NCBI RefSeq assembly: GCF_964204645.1
Contig: NC_134032.1
Span: forward strand, 620,001-684,000
DNA from: Tubulanus polymorphus
Lineage: Eukaryota > Animalia > Nemertea
Direction: 5' to 3'
Length of the DNA: 64,000 nucleotides
Part shown: positions 52,696-64,000 of the stretch, piece after piece
Layout: each line of letters opens with the position of its first letter
Position numbering within the stretch: position 1 is the stretch's first letter
The notes under the pieces: model-generated
Databases searched by the model: none
What the model was told of the DNA's origin: nothing
The model's input: the letters and a program-made list of their open reading frames with translations, nothing else
Translations under genes and position numbers: made by a program

Positions 52696-54731
52696 GTTGT
52701 CGGTGGGCGGTTTTCTCACTGTAGATTGTGCAGGCGTGACCTCCTCACGCGCGCGGGTCTCACGCGTCTTGCCATAAAGTTAAAACCACACGGCACTGAT
52801 AACACGAAACAGCGATACAAATACAATACTTATCAAATGATGAATAGACATGCTTTGAGATCGCTTGTTCTGAACGGTGTCTCCTGGTGAGCAGGAGAAC
52901 CTCTCTTCCAGTGTCGACGCGGTTCCTAACGTGATACCGGCAAGGCTACTGTGCGAAGCGAGGATTCATTGATGATCCATAGGTGTCGCTAAGTGGTACG
53001 GGGTTTCCGCTATTCAATGTCCTCGCACATTTTTTTTATTCGAGTAGACTTTTCCGATTATTAAAATCAATTTTTAGTTAAATGAATACCATACCCTCCT
53101 GAACAAAATCTCAAGTAGAATACCCTGTAATAAATTCGAGTCCGTTTGTCGTTTGGGCTGACTATACCAGGAAATATATAGTGGACTTCCGGAGCTTTCT
53201 CGGTAACTGATTGCTGTTTATGCTCGCTGTTGACTGAACTCACCTGACCAGTTTATTTTAGATGTCACATATCCCAGGGACAATAACTGATTATAACTTA
53301 TCCATGAGGCTTCTCTCGAGAATTGGCTGCTTAGACAAGTGAACCGATTAGGATACTTAGGTCGGGTTTAGGCTTTAAAACCGACACAGATTGGAACATC
53401 GTTACAGCAAACAGTACTCCGTATACCAAGTACGTTTTATCAAACGAGGTTAACGAAAATATAGATATCTACTTATTTTATTATATTATTATTATCATTA
53501 TTATTATTACGAGCTACAATTTTGCAATTGATTGGTGGTAACAATCTTCATTTTCTTAAATCAATCATATCAATCCGGGTTTCTAATGTGATAAAGAAAA
53601 ACCCATTAAAGCAGGTTTTTGCGGCACGTTTTTTACTGCGAGGCCGCATGTTCGATGTACTTAAGGGTTAAACGAATATGATACCTTGTTTCTCCGCACG
53701 GCCGGGTCATTTTTGAAAAATATGATAAAATTTATAACCAGCACATTCCTATAGCTGCCGGGTCTGTTACGGGTAAGATCGATCACGATTTCAAAAAAAA
53801 AAGTAATGTACAGGGTAGATAGGCGGCCAGCCGGGTCAACTTTACAGCTCAGCGGGGCGGAGAAACAAGGTATCAATTTTCTTTTTAGCCTAACTTCAAA
53901 TATTTTTTACAATTCTAGTTTATTTATAATTTCAATAAAGAATCATCTGACAAAGGTATACATTTCTAGCCTTAGTGAAAATATATTCTCTTCTGCGTCT
54001 TTTAATGTTAGTTTCATTAAAATCGATTGAAGTCAGTTTCGATACACTAGACCTGACCTAGTTGTCACTTAGTGGAAAAACTGGCGCGAATTTTTGGGCC
54101 GATCTTTCATCCTCGAGGGATCTATTAAAATAATAAACATTTAAATCCCCCATAATCGATCTATCGCTCTTGAACTACTGTCGTTCTAATAAAGGACAGT
54201 TCCATAACAAATTCACACTCGACCAAAATTGAGTCCAATTTAAACAATTTTCTCTAATTCAAGACGCTTAGGCGCTACATCCTAGCAGGCGCATAGCGCG
54301 CTTCGACAAAACGCAATCCGTGCATTTCGACTAAACTCTCTTTGAGACCGAACCGATATCGGATAACATAAAATTACAGGTCTGGTCTGGCGTTAGCGCA
54401 AGCGTCTGAAATTGGGCACCCTATATACCCTTCAAAATATGTATTTTACTTTGAAAAATATAGATAAATAGCTGAAGCACTGAATCCGGTGAATATTGTG
54501 GGGTCTGATCCCTTAACGACCTCCCCTGACCCCCAGGGGTAAAAGTTTTGATAGTAGCAGGTTTTTTTTCTGAAAGCCCATCTCGTGTTACATGAACCCG
54601 AGTTTGTTACCAATTTCTAACATTCGGCGCCTATAGAAGTATTTTATGATGCGTTTTGCCGGCGGACTACGAGTAGCATTTCATTGTATACACGTCGTTC
54701 TCGAACCCTAGAATCGGTTTAGACTTCGGTT

Positions 54732-57103
54732 CTAAATCGGGGGAGTTAATACAGTGTTTATATTGTAGAATCTCAGTGAGTTCTGATCATCACTGATATC
54801 ACGGTGATGGATAACTACAGTGTCACTGTTACACACGTGATGTATGTCACATGTCTCACTGTCTGTAGAGTTCAGTATTATACGCGGGTGATCTATAAAC
54901 CCCTCATCATTATATCTGATACTAATAACAGATCCTCTGTTACCAGTATTAGAGTATACCGATAGCAATACTTGATTATCATTAATGACACACGGGAATC
55001 CCATACATGGATCAAATGTCAGTCCGCAATCGTTCATAGTAATAAAACTGATCAATTCTGCTTCTGGTTTTAGATACAATAATCTGCGTGTACGCAAACA
55101 GTAGATAAATATACGTCCCCGCGTGTCGACATCGAAACCGTAGATATAAAAGTAATCTCCATCCGGGAGCTGATAGTTCTTCACTCGATTTCTATCGATC
55201 AATCTGTTTTCAGGGTTTTCTAATAAACGTAAAACATGAATTTCACTATCTCCTGTCTGTATAAAGATATTGTGATCACGGATTACGAAGGATCCACAGA
55301 CTCCAGGCAGGAGATCAGTGATATTTTCTTCGAAGAGTTTTTTCTGATTTTTATATTTTCTCAGGATGTATTCCCTGTTTTTCCTCACGACCACAAACAG
55401 AAACCCGTTACCATCAGCAGCGAGTCCATGTATCCAACCATCAATCTCTATGTATCCCTGTATATTATCATCATTCACACTATATATACAATTAGTGGAG
55501 CGATACTGCGCACATATAACACGTGACTGTTCACCCTCGTGTTCACCGGGTATTGACGTCACCATGTTGAGTACGAAATCTGTATCTACCTGTTTATTGA
55601 CCGTCAATGAATCGATTAATTCTACACGTAGCCGCGTGACGTCATCGATATATCCCTCCAGTTTATCAATTCTCCCTATGACGTCCTCAGTAGATCGCTC
55701 CGCTCTATCCATTCTCTCTATGACATCATCAACAGATCCCTCCACATTTCCAATTCTCTCTTTGACGTCATCAGTAGATCTTTCCACTTTATAATTTCTC
55801 CGTATGACGTCATCATTGATATTAGTCAGTTTTGTCTCCAATGCTTTAAGTTGCTGTTCAGTACAGCATTGATTCAGCCTCTCTTCAAGTTGTTGTTCAG
55901 TACAGAACCGGTTCAGCCTCTCTTCAAGTTGTTGTTCAGTACAGAACCGGTTCTGCCTCTCTTCAAGTTGTTGTTCAGTACAGAACCGGTTCTGCCTCTC
56001 TTCAACTATTTCTATAGTGTGTTTCAATTGACAGAATTGATTTTCTAGATTATCGTGAAACTGTCTGACATGTTCTATAAAAGACCGATGTCGTTCATCA
56101 ATGTCTGATCGAACTGTTCGGGTTTCACTGATCGACACACCTACTGAATTTACTTTATACAAATTATGTGCCTGATTTGAAGCGATCACATGAAGCCCCG
56201 ACACTAATGAATGCGGGGCTTGTTGAAGATGTGTTTTTAAGTTCCGCGCTGTTTCGTCGTCTGAGCATTTAACGATAAACACATGAATCGCTGGACAGTG
56301 ATTAAACCCGATATGATGATTCGGTATCTCTACACCAGGGGGCGCTTCTCTCCATTCTAATTTCACCTGAAATTGAAAAATATAGTTATATTAAGGGTGA
56401 AACTTAAGGGGGGGGGGGGTTGCTGATACAATTTCATCGGAACTTATTGCAGCTCGAGCGCTGTAGGCATGGACGGGCGAGGCGGAGGTCTAACCCCCAG
56501 AAAGTTTTTGGAATTTTGCTGCTTTTAAAAATTATTTCCTGCAATCTCGGAACAGTAACGGAACTCGGTTGGCTTCATGTCGTAGTAAATAAGATAAAAG
56601 ATACGATCAGGGTGGAATTTTTCCGGGGGGAGAGGGGTGCACCAACTGCACCTGCCCCCCCCCACCTACGGGCCTGAAATTGTTTGCTGTACGAGACTAG
56701 AATTGTTGGATTCTTGATATTCGTATTCTGCGAATCGGGGTCTGGGTTTGGTATATTATTCAACATTCAAGTAAAGAAATCAGACATATATATTTCTATC
56801 GGGTCCGAACGATGTATTGTTTACCTCGTCAAACGGCATCATTTGTACATTTATAACTTGTTCCGTATAGATCGCTTTCAGTTTTACTTCGATAATAGTC
56901 TCTAATTCTTCTGTCCACATCTGTATCGGTAGTTGTAATTGATTACCAGCAGTAGCGATCAGATCACATTCTAAATCGAACAACGGTTGAAAGTAATAAT
57001 TCTGTATTGTTCTGTAGTCGTTGTCGTGATCCGACCAAACACCGATCTTGCGACCACGATAAGAAACTGCGAGCTCGAATCTGTACGTAGAATTAGACGC
57101 CAT
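54732..57103 (-). CDS. Array gene copy 2, 637 aa
   Basis: Exon 1 57103-56825 and exon 2 56366-54732; intact. Confidence 0.88.
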
Positions 57104-59050
57104 GTTGTTTTTGGGCGTTTTCTAACTGTAGATTGTGCAGGCGTGACCTCCTCACGCGCGCGGGTCTCACGCGTCTTGCCATAAAGTTAAAACCACACGG
57201 CACTGATAACACGAAACAGCGATACAAATACAATACTCATCAAATGATGAATAGACATGCTTTGAGATCGCTTGTTCTGAACGGTGTCTCCTGGTGAGCA
57301 GGAGAACCTCTCTTCCAGTGTCGACGCGGTTCCTAACGTGATACCGGCAAGGCTACTGTGCGAAGCGAGGATTCATTGATGATCCATAGGTGTCGCTAAG
57401 TGGTACGGGGTTTCCGCTATTCAATGTCCTCGCACATTTTTTTTATTCGAGTAGACTTTTACGATTATTAAATCAATTTTTAGTTAAATGAATACCATAC
57501 CCTCCTGAACAAAATCTCAAGTAGAATACCCTGTAGTAAATTCGAGTCCGTTTGTCGTTTGGGCTGACTATACCAGGAAATATATAGTGGACTTCGGAGC
57601 TTTCTCGGTAACTGATTGCTGTTAATGCTTGCTGTTGACTGAACTCACCTGACCAGTATATTTTAGATGTCACATATCCCAGGGACAATAACTGATTATA
57701 ACTTATCCATGAGGCTTCTCTCGAGAATTGGCTGGTTAGACAAGTGAACCGATTAGGATACTTAGGTCGGGTTTAGGCTTTAAAACCGACACAGATTGGA
57801 ACATCGTTACAGCAAACAGTACTCCGTATACCAAGTACGTTTTATCAAACGAGGTTAACGAAAATATAGATATCTACTTATTTTATTATATTATTATTAT
57901 CATTATTATTATTACGAGCTACAATTTTGCAATTGATTGGTGGTAACAATCTTCATTTTCTTAAATCAATCATATCAATCCGGGTTTCTAATGTGATAAA
58001 GAAAAACCCATTAAAGCAGGTTTTTTGCGGCACGTTTTTTACTGCGAGGCCGCATGTTCGATGTACTTAAGGGTTAAACGAATATGATACCTTGTTTCTC
58101 CGCAGCGGCCGGGTCATTTTTGTAAAATATGATAAAATTTATAACCAGCACATTCCTATAGCTGCCGGGTCTGTTACGGGTAAGATCGATCACGATTTCA
58201 AAAAAAAAAGTAATGTACAGGGTAGATAGGCGGCCAGCCGGGTCAACTTTACAGCTCAGCGGGGCGGAGAAACAAAGTATACATTTCTAGCCTTAGTGAA
58301 AATATATTCTCTGTTGCGTCTTTTAATGTTAGTTTCATTAAAATCGATTGAAGTCAGTTTCGATACACTAGACCTGACCTAGTTGTCACTTAGTGGAAAA
58401 ACTGGCGCGAATTTTTGGGCCGATCTTTCATCCTCGAGGGATCTATTAAAATAGTAAACATTTAAATCCCCCATAATCGATCTATCGCTCTTGAACTACT
58501 GTCGTTCTGATAAAGGACAGTTCCATAAAAAATTCACACTCGACCAAAATTGAGTCCAATTTAAACAATTTTCTCTAATTCAAGACGCTTAGGCGCTACA
58601 TCCTAGCAGGCGCATAGCGCGCTTCGACAAAACGCAATCCGTGCATTTCGACTAAACTCTCTTTGAGACTGAACCGATATCGGATAACATAAAATTACAG
58701 GTCTGGTCTGGCGTTAGCGCAAGCGTCTGAAATTGGGCACCCTATATACCCTTAAAAATATGTATTTTACTTTGAAAAATATAGATAAAAAGCTGAAGCA
58801 CTGAATCCGGTGAATATTGTGGGGTCTGATCCCTTAACGACCTCCCCTCACCCCCAGGGGTAAAAGTTTTGATAGTAACAGGTTTTTTTTCTGAAAGCCC
58901 ATCTCGTGTTACATGAACCCGAATTTGTTACCAATTTCTAACATTCGGCGCCTATAGAAGTATTTTTATGCGTTTTGCCGGCTGACTACGAGTAGCATTT
59001 CATTGTATACACGTCGTTCTCGAACCCTAGAATCGGTTTAGACTTCGGTT

Positions 59051-61410
59051 CTAAATCGGGGGAGTTAATACAGTGTTTATATTGTAGAATCTCAGTGACT
59101 CCTGATCATCACTGTTATCCCAGTGTCGGATAGCTACAGTGTTACTGTTTAACACGTGATGTATGTCACCTGTCTCACTGTCTGTAGAGTTCAGTATTAT
59201 ACGCGGGTGATCTATAAACCCCTGATTATTATATCTGATACTGATAACAGCACCTCTGTTAACAAAGGAATCAGAGCATACCGATAGTAATATACGATCA
59301 TCATTAATAACACACGGGTGTCCTGCACATGGATTAAATTCTAGTGCACAATCGTTCATATTGATAAAACTAATCTCGTTCGCATCTGCTGTTAGAAACA
59401 GTAATCTATGAGTCGTTTCACAGTAAAGAAACATCCGTCCCTTTGAATCGACATCGAAACAGTTGATATTACCGTAATCTCCATCCGGGAGCTGATACTC
59501 CTTCACTCGGGTTCTATCAATCAAACTGTTTTCAGGGTTTTCTAATAAACCTAAAACATGAACTCTTCCCCGTGACTGTATAAAGATATTGTGTTCACGA
59601 ATCACTAAGGATCCACAGCCTCCAGGCAGGAGATCAGTGATTTCTTCTTCCAACAGTTTTTCACAATTTTTATATTTTCTAAGGTAGAATTTCCTATTTT
59701 TTTTTACGAGCGCAAACAGATCCCCGTTACTATCAGTAGCGAGTCCTTTTACGCCACCGCCATCAATCTTTATGTATCTATCAAATTCATCATCATAATC
59801 AAAATCATCGTCATCATCATAATCATCGTCATCATTCACACTATATATATAATCAGTCGAGCACCACTCCGCACATATAACACGTGACTGTTCACCCACA
59901 TGTTCACCAGGTAGTGACGTAATCAGGTCGGGTGTGAAGTCTGTATCTACCTGTTTATTGACCGTCAATGAATCGATTATTCCTACACGTAGCCGCGTGA
60001 CGTCATCAATATGTATCTCTAATTCATCAATTCTCCTTTTGACATCATCAGTAATTTTGGATAGTTTTGCCCCCATATCATCATTGATATTGGTCAGTTT
60101 TTCCTCAAGTTGTTGTTCAGTACAGCACCGGTTCAGCCTGATCTCTTCAAGTTGCTGTTCAGTACAGAACCGGTTCAGCCTCTCTTCAAGTTGTTGCTCA
60201 GTGCAGAACCGGTTCAGCCTCTCTTCAAGTTGTTGTTCAGTGCAGCACCGGTTCAGCCTCTCTTCAAGTTGTTGTTCAGTGCAGCACCGGTTCAGCTTCT
60301 CTTCAACTGTTTCTATATTGTGTTTCAATTGACAGAATTGATTTTCTAGATTATCGTGAAACTGTCTGACATGTTCTATAAAAGAACTATGTCGTTCATC
60401 AATGTCTGATCGAACTGTTCGGGTTTCACTGATCGACACACCTACTGAATTTACTTTATACAAATTATGTGCAGATGCCTGGTTTGAAGCGATCACATGA
60501 AGCCCCGACACTAATGAATGCGGGGCTTGTTGAAGATGTGTTTTTAAGTTTTGCGCTGTTTCATCGTCTGAGCATTTAATAATAAACACATGAATCGCTG
60601 GACAGTGATTAAACCCGATATGATGATTCGGTATCTCTACACCAGGGGGCGCTTCTCTCCATTCTAGTTTCACCTGGAATTGAAAAATATAGTTATATTA
60701 AGGGTGAAACTTAAGGGGGGGGGGGGTGCTGATACAATTTTCATCTGATTTATTGCAGCTCGAGCGCTGTAGGCATGATCGGGGAGGCGGAGGTTTAACC
60801 CCCAGAAAGGTTTTAGAATTTTGCTGCTTTTAAAAATGATTTCCTGCAATCTCGGAACAGTAACGGAACTCGGTTGGCTTCATGCCGTAGTAAATAAGAC
60901 ATAAGATACGATCAGGGTGGAATTTTTCCGGGGGGAGAGGGGTGCACCAACTGCACCTGCCCCCCCCCCCACCTACGGAACTGAAATTGTTTGCTGTACG
61001 AGACTAGAATTGTTGGATTCTTGATATTCGTATTCTGCGAATCGGGGTCTGGGTTTGGTATATTATTCAACATTCAAGTAAAGAAATCAGACATATATAT
61101 TTCTATCGGGTCCGAACGATGTATTGTTTACCTCGTCAAACGGCATCATTTGTACATTTATAACTTGTTCCGTATAGATCGCTTTCAGTTTTACTTCGAT
61201 AATAGTCTCTAATTCTTCTGTCCACATCTGTATCGGTAGTTGTAATTGATCACCAGCAGTAGCGATCAGATCACATTCTAAATCGAACAACGGTTGAAAG
61301 TAATAATTCTGTATTGTTCTGTAGTCGTTGTCGTGATCCGACCAAACACCGATCTTGCGACCACGATAAGAAACTGCGAGCTCGAATCTGTACGTAGAAT
61401 TAGACGCCAT
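59051..61410 (-). CDS. Array gene copy 3, 633 aa
   Basis: Exon 1 61410-61132 and exon 2 60673-59051; intact, with all indels relative to copies 1 and 2 in frame. Confidence 0.88.
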
Positions 61411-63358
61411 GTTGTTTTTGGGCGTTTTCTAACTGTAGATTGTGCAGGCGTGACCTCCTCACGCGCGCGGGTCTCACGCGTCTTGCCATAAAGTTAAAAC
61501 CACACGGCACTGATAACACGAAACAGCGATACAAATACAATACTCATCAAATGATGAATAGACATGCTTTGAGATCGCTTGTTCTGAACGGTGTCTCCTG
61601 GTGAGCAGGAGAACCTCTCTTCCAGTGTCGACGCGGTTCCTAACGTGATACCGGCAAGGCTACTGTGCGAAGCGAGGATTCATTGATGATCCATAGGTGT
61701 CGCTAAGTGGTACGGGGTTTCCGCTATTCAATGTCCTCCCACATTTTTTTTATTCGAGTAGACTTTTACGATTATTAAATCAATTTTTAGTTAAATGAAT
61801 ACCATACCCTCCTGAACAAAATCTCAAGTAGAATACCCTGTAGTAAATTCGAGTCCGTTTGTCGTTTGGGCTGACTATACCAGGAAATATATAGTGGACT
61901 TCGGAGCTTTCTCGGTAACTGATTGCTGTTAATGCTTGCTGTTGACTGAACTCACCTGACCAGTATATTTTAGATGTCACATATCCCAGGGACAATAACT
62001 GATTATAACTTATCCATGAGGCTTCTCTCGAGAATTGGCTGGTTAGACAAGTGAACCGATTAGGATACTTAGGTCGGGTTTAGGCTTTAAAACCGACACA
62101 GATTGGAACATCGTTACAGCAAACAGTACTCCGTATACCAAGTACGTTTTATCAAACGAGGTTAACGAAAATATAGATATCTACTTATTTTATTATATTA
62201 TTATTATCATTATTATTATTACGAGCTACAATTTTGCAATTGATTGGTGGTAACAATCTTCATTTTCTTAAATCAATCATATCAATCCGGGTTTCTAATG
62301 TGATAAAGAAAAACCCATTAAAGCAGGTTTTTTGCGGCACGTTTTTTACTGCGAGGCCGCATGTTCGGTGAACTTTAGGGTTAAACGAATATGATACCTT
62401 GTTTCTCCGCACGGCCGGGTCATTTTTGTAAAATATGATAACATTTATAACCAGCACATTCCTATAGCTGACGGGTCTGTTACGGGTAAGATCGATCACG
62501 ATTTGAAAAAAAACGTATTAATGTATAGGGTAGATAGGCGGCCAGCCGGGTCAACTTTACAGCTCAGCGGGGCGGAGAAACAAAGTATACATTTCTAGCC
62601 TTAGTTAAAATATATTCTCTTCTGCGTCTTTTAATGTTAGTTTCATTAAAATCGATTGAAGTCAGTTTCGATACACTAGACCTGACCTAGTTGTCACTTA
62701 GTGGAAAAACTGGCGCGAATTTTAGGGCCGATTTTTCATCCTCGAGGGATCTATTAAAATAATAAACATTTAAATCCCCCATAATCGATCTATCGCTCTA
62801 GAACTACTGTCGTTCTAATAAAGGACAGTTCCATAAAAAATTCACACTCGACCAAAATTGAGTCCAATTTAAACAATTTTCTCTAATTCAAGACGCTTAG
62901 GCGCTACATCCTAGCAGGCGCATAGCGCGCTTCGACAAAACGCAATCCGTGCATTTCGACTAAACTCTCTTTGAGACTGAACCGATATCGGATAACATAA
63001 AATTACAGGTCTGGTCTGGCGTTAGCGCGAGCGTCTGAAATTGGGCACCCTATATACCCTTAAAAATATGTATTTTACTTTGAAAAATATAGATAAAAAG
63101 CTGAAGCACTGAATCCGGTGAATATTGTGGGGTCTGATCCCTTAACGACCTCCCCTGACCCCCAGGGGTAAAAGTTTTGATAGTAACAGGTTTTTTTTCT
63201 GAAAGCCCATCTCGTGTTACATGAACCCGAGTTTGTTACCAATTTCTAACATTCGGCGCCTATAGAAGTATTTTTATGCGTTTTGCCGGCTGACTACGAG
63301 TAGCATTTCATTGTATACACGTCGTTCTCGAACTCTAGAATCGGTTTAGACTTCGGTT

Positions 63359-64000
63359 CTAAATCGGGGGAGTTAATACAGTGTTTATATTGTAGAATCT
63401 CAGTGAGTTCTGATCATCACTGATATCACGGTGATGGATAACTACAGTGTCACTGTTACACACGTGATGTATGTCACATGTCTCACTGTCTGTAGAGTTC
63501 AGTATTATACGCGGGTGATCTATAAACCCCTCATCATTATATCTGATACTAATAACAGATCCTCTGTTACCAGTATTAGAGTATACCGATAGCAATACTT
63601 GATTATCATTAATGACACACGGGAATCCCATACATGGATCAAATGTCAGTCCGCAATCGTTCATAGTAATAAAACTGATCAATTCTGCTTCTGGTTTTAG
63701 ATACAATAATCTGCGTGTACGCAAACAGTAGATAAATATACGTCCCCGCGTGTCGACATCGAAACCGTAGATATAAAAGTAATCTCCATCCGGGAGCTGA
63801 TAGTTCTTCACTCGATTTCTATCGATCAATCTGTTTTCAGGGTTTTCTAATAAACGTAAAACATGAATTTCACTATCTCCTGTCTGTATAAAGATATTGT
63901 GATCACGGATTACGAAGGATCCACAGACTCCAGGCAGGAGATCAGTGATATTTTCTTCGAAGAGTTTTTTCTGATTTTTATATTTTCTCAGGATGTATTC
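63359..64000 (-). CDS. Array gene copy 4 (3' part only; cut by the window edge)
   Basis: The visible part appears identical to the 3' end of copy 2. Confidence 0.85.
   Translation of the reverse strand, partial: EYILRKYKNQKKLFEENITDLLPGVCGSFVIRDHNIFIQTGDSEIHVLRLLENPENRLIDRNRVKNYQLPDGDYFYIYGFDVDTRGRIFIYCLRTRRLLYLKPEAELISFITMNDCGLTFDPCMGFPCVINDNQVLLSVYSNTGNRGSVISIRYNDEGFIDHPRIILNSTDSETCDIHHVCNSDTVVIHHRDISDDQNSLRFYNINTVLTPPI

Larger units (their letters stand above)
50266..64000 (-). repeat. Tandem gene array with ~4.3-4.4 kb units; 3 complete units and 1 partial, continuing beyond the window
   Basis: Stop codons at 50322, 54732, 59051 and 63359 give periods of 4410, 4319 and 4308 bp; spacers are near-identical. 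Confidence 0.97.

Noticed and set aside
51181-60349. Plus-strand Ser-rich ORFs within the array, and the 93-116 aa minus ORFs as separate genes
   Set aside because: The former are antisense shadows of the repeat stalk; the latter are exon 1 of the large genes read through the donor site.
50322-64000. Diversity-generating retroelement, or viral/transposon origin of the array
   Set aside because: No reverse transcriptase, template repeat, integrase, capsid or terminal repeats were seen; the genes have a spliceosomal intron and the variation is not obviously adenine-restricted.

Overview
AT-rich, intron- and MITE-rich animal genomic DNA. It is probably from a lophotrochozoan invertebrate, but the taxon cannot be fixed from sequence alone. 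Left to right: (1) a complete lipin / phosphatidate phosphatase gene with 15 coding exons (6109-18875, +, ~1014 aa); (2) a two-exon caspase p20 fragment that stops at the Q of QACxG, with a GC-AG intron holding an antisense LINE endonuclease relic; (3) a 14-exon IQCM-like gene (28465-40660) with a complete 184-aa von Willebrand A domain inserted as a symmetric phase-1/phase-1 four-exon cassette; (4) a two-exon orphan gene with a coding minisatellite; (5) an intronless class-A GPCR with a single frameshift, plus a second GPCR relic; (6) from ~50.27 kb to the window end, a head-to-tail array of ~4.3-4.4 kb units. Each unit carries a two-exon minus-strand gene of ~635 aa: conserved N-terminal domain, variable-number 13-aa repeat/coiled-coil stalk, and NHL-like beta-propeller. 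Spacers, introns and N-termini are nearly identical between units, but the propellers are hypervariable, mosaic and arranged A-B-C-B. This array is the best candidate for an undescribed diversified recognition (immune or allorecognition-like) system. All gene models were spliced by eye and checked for phase consistency; no database searches were run.
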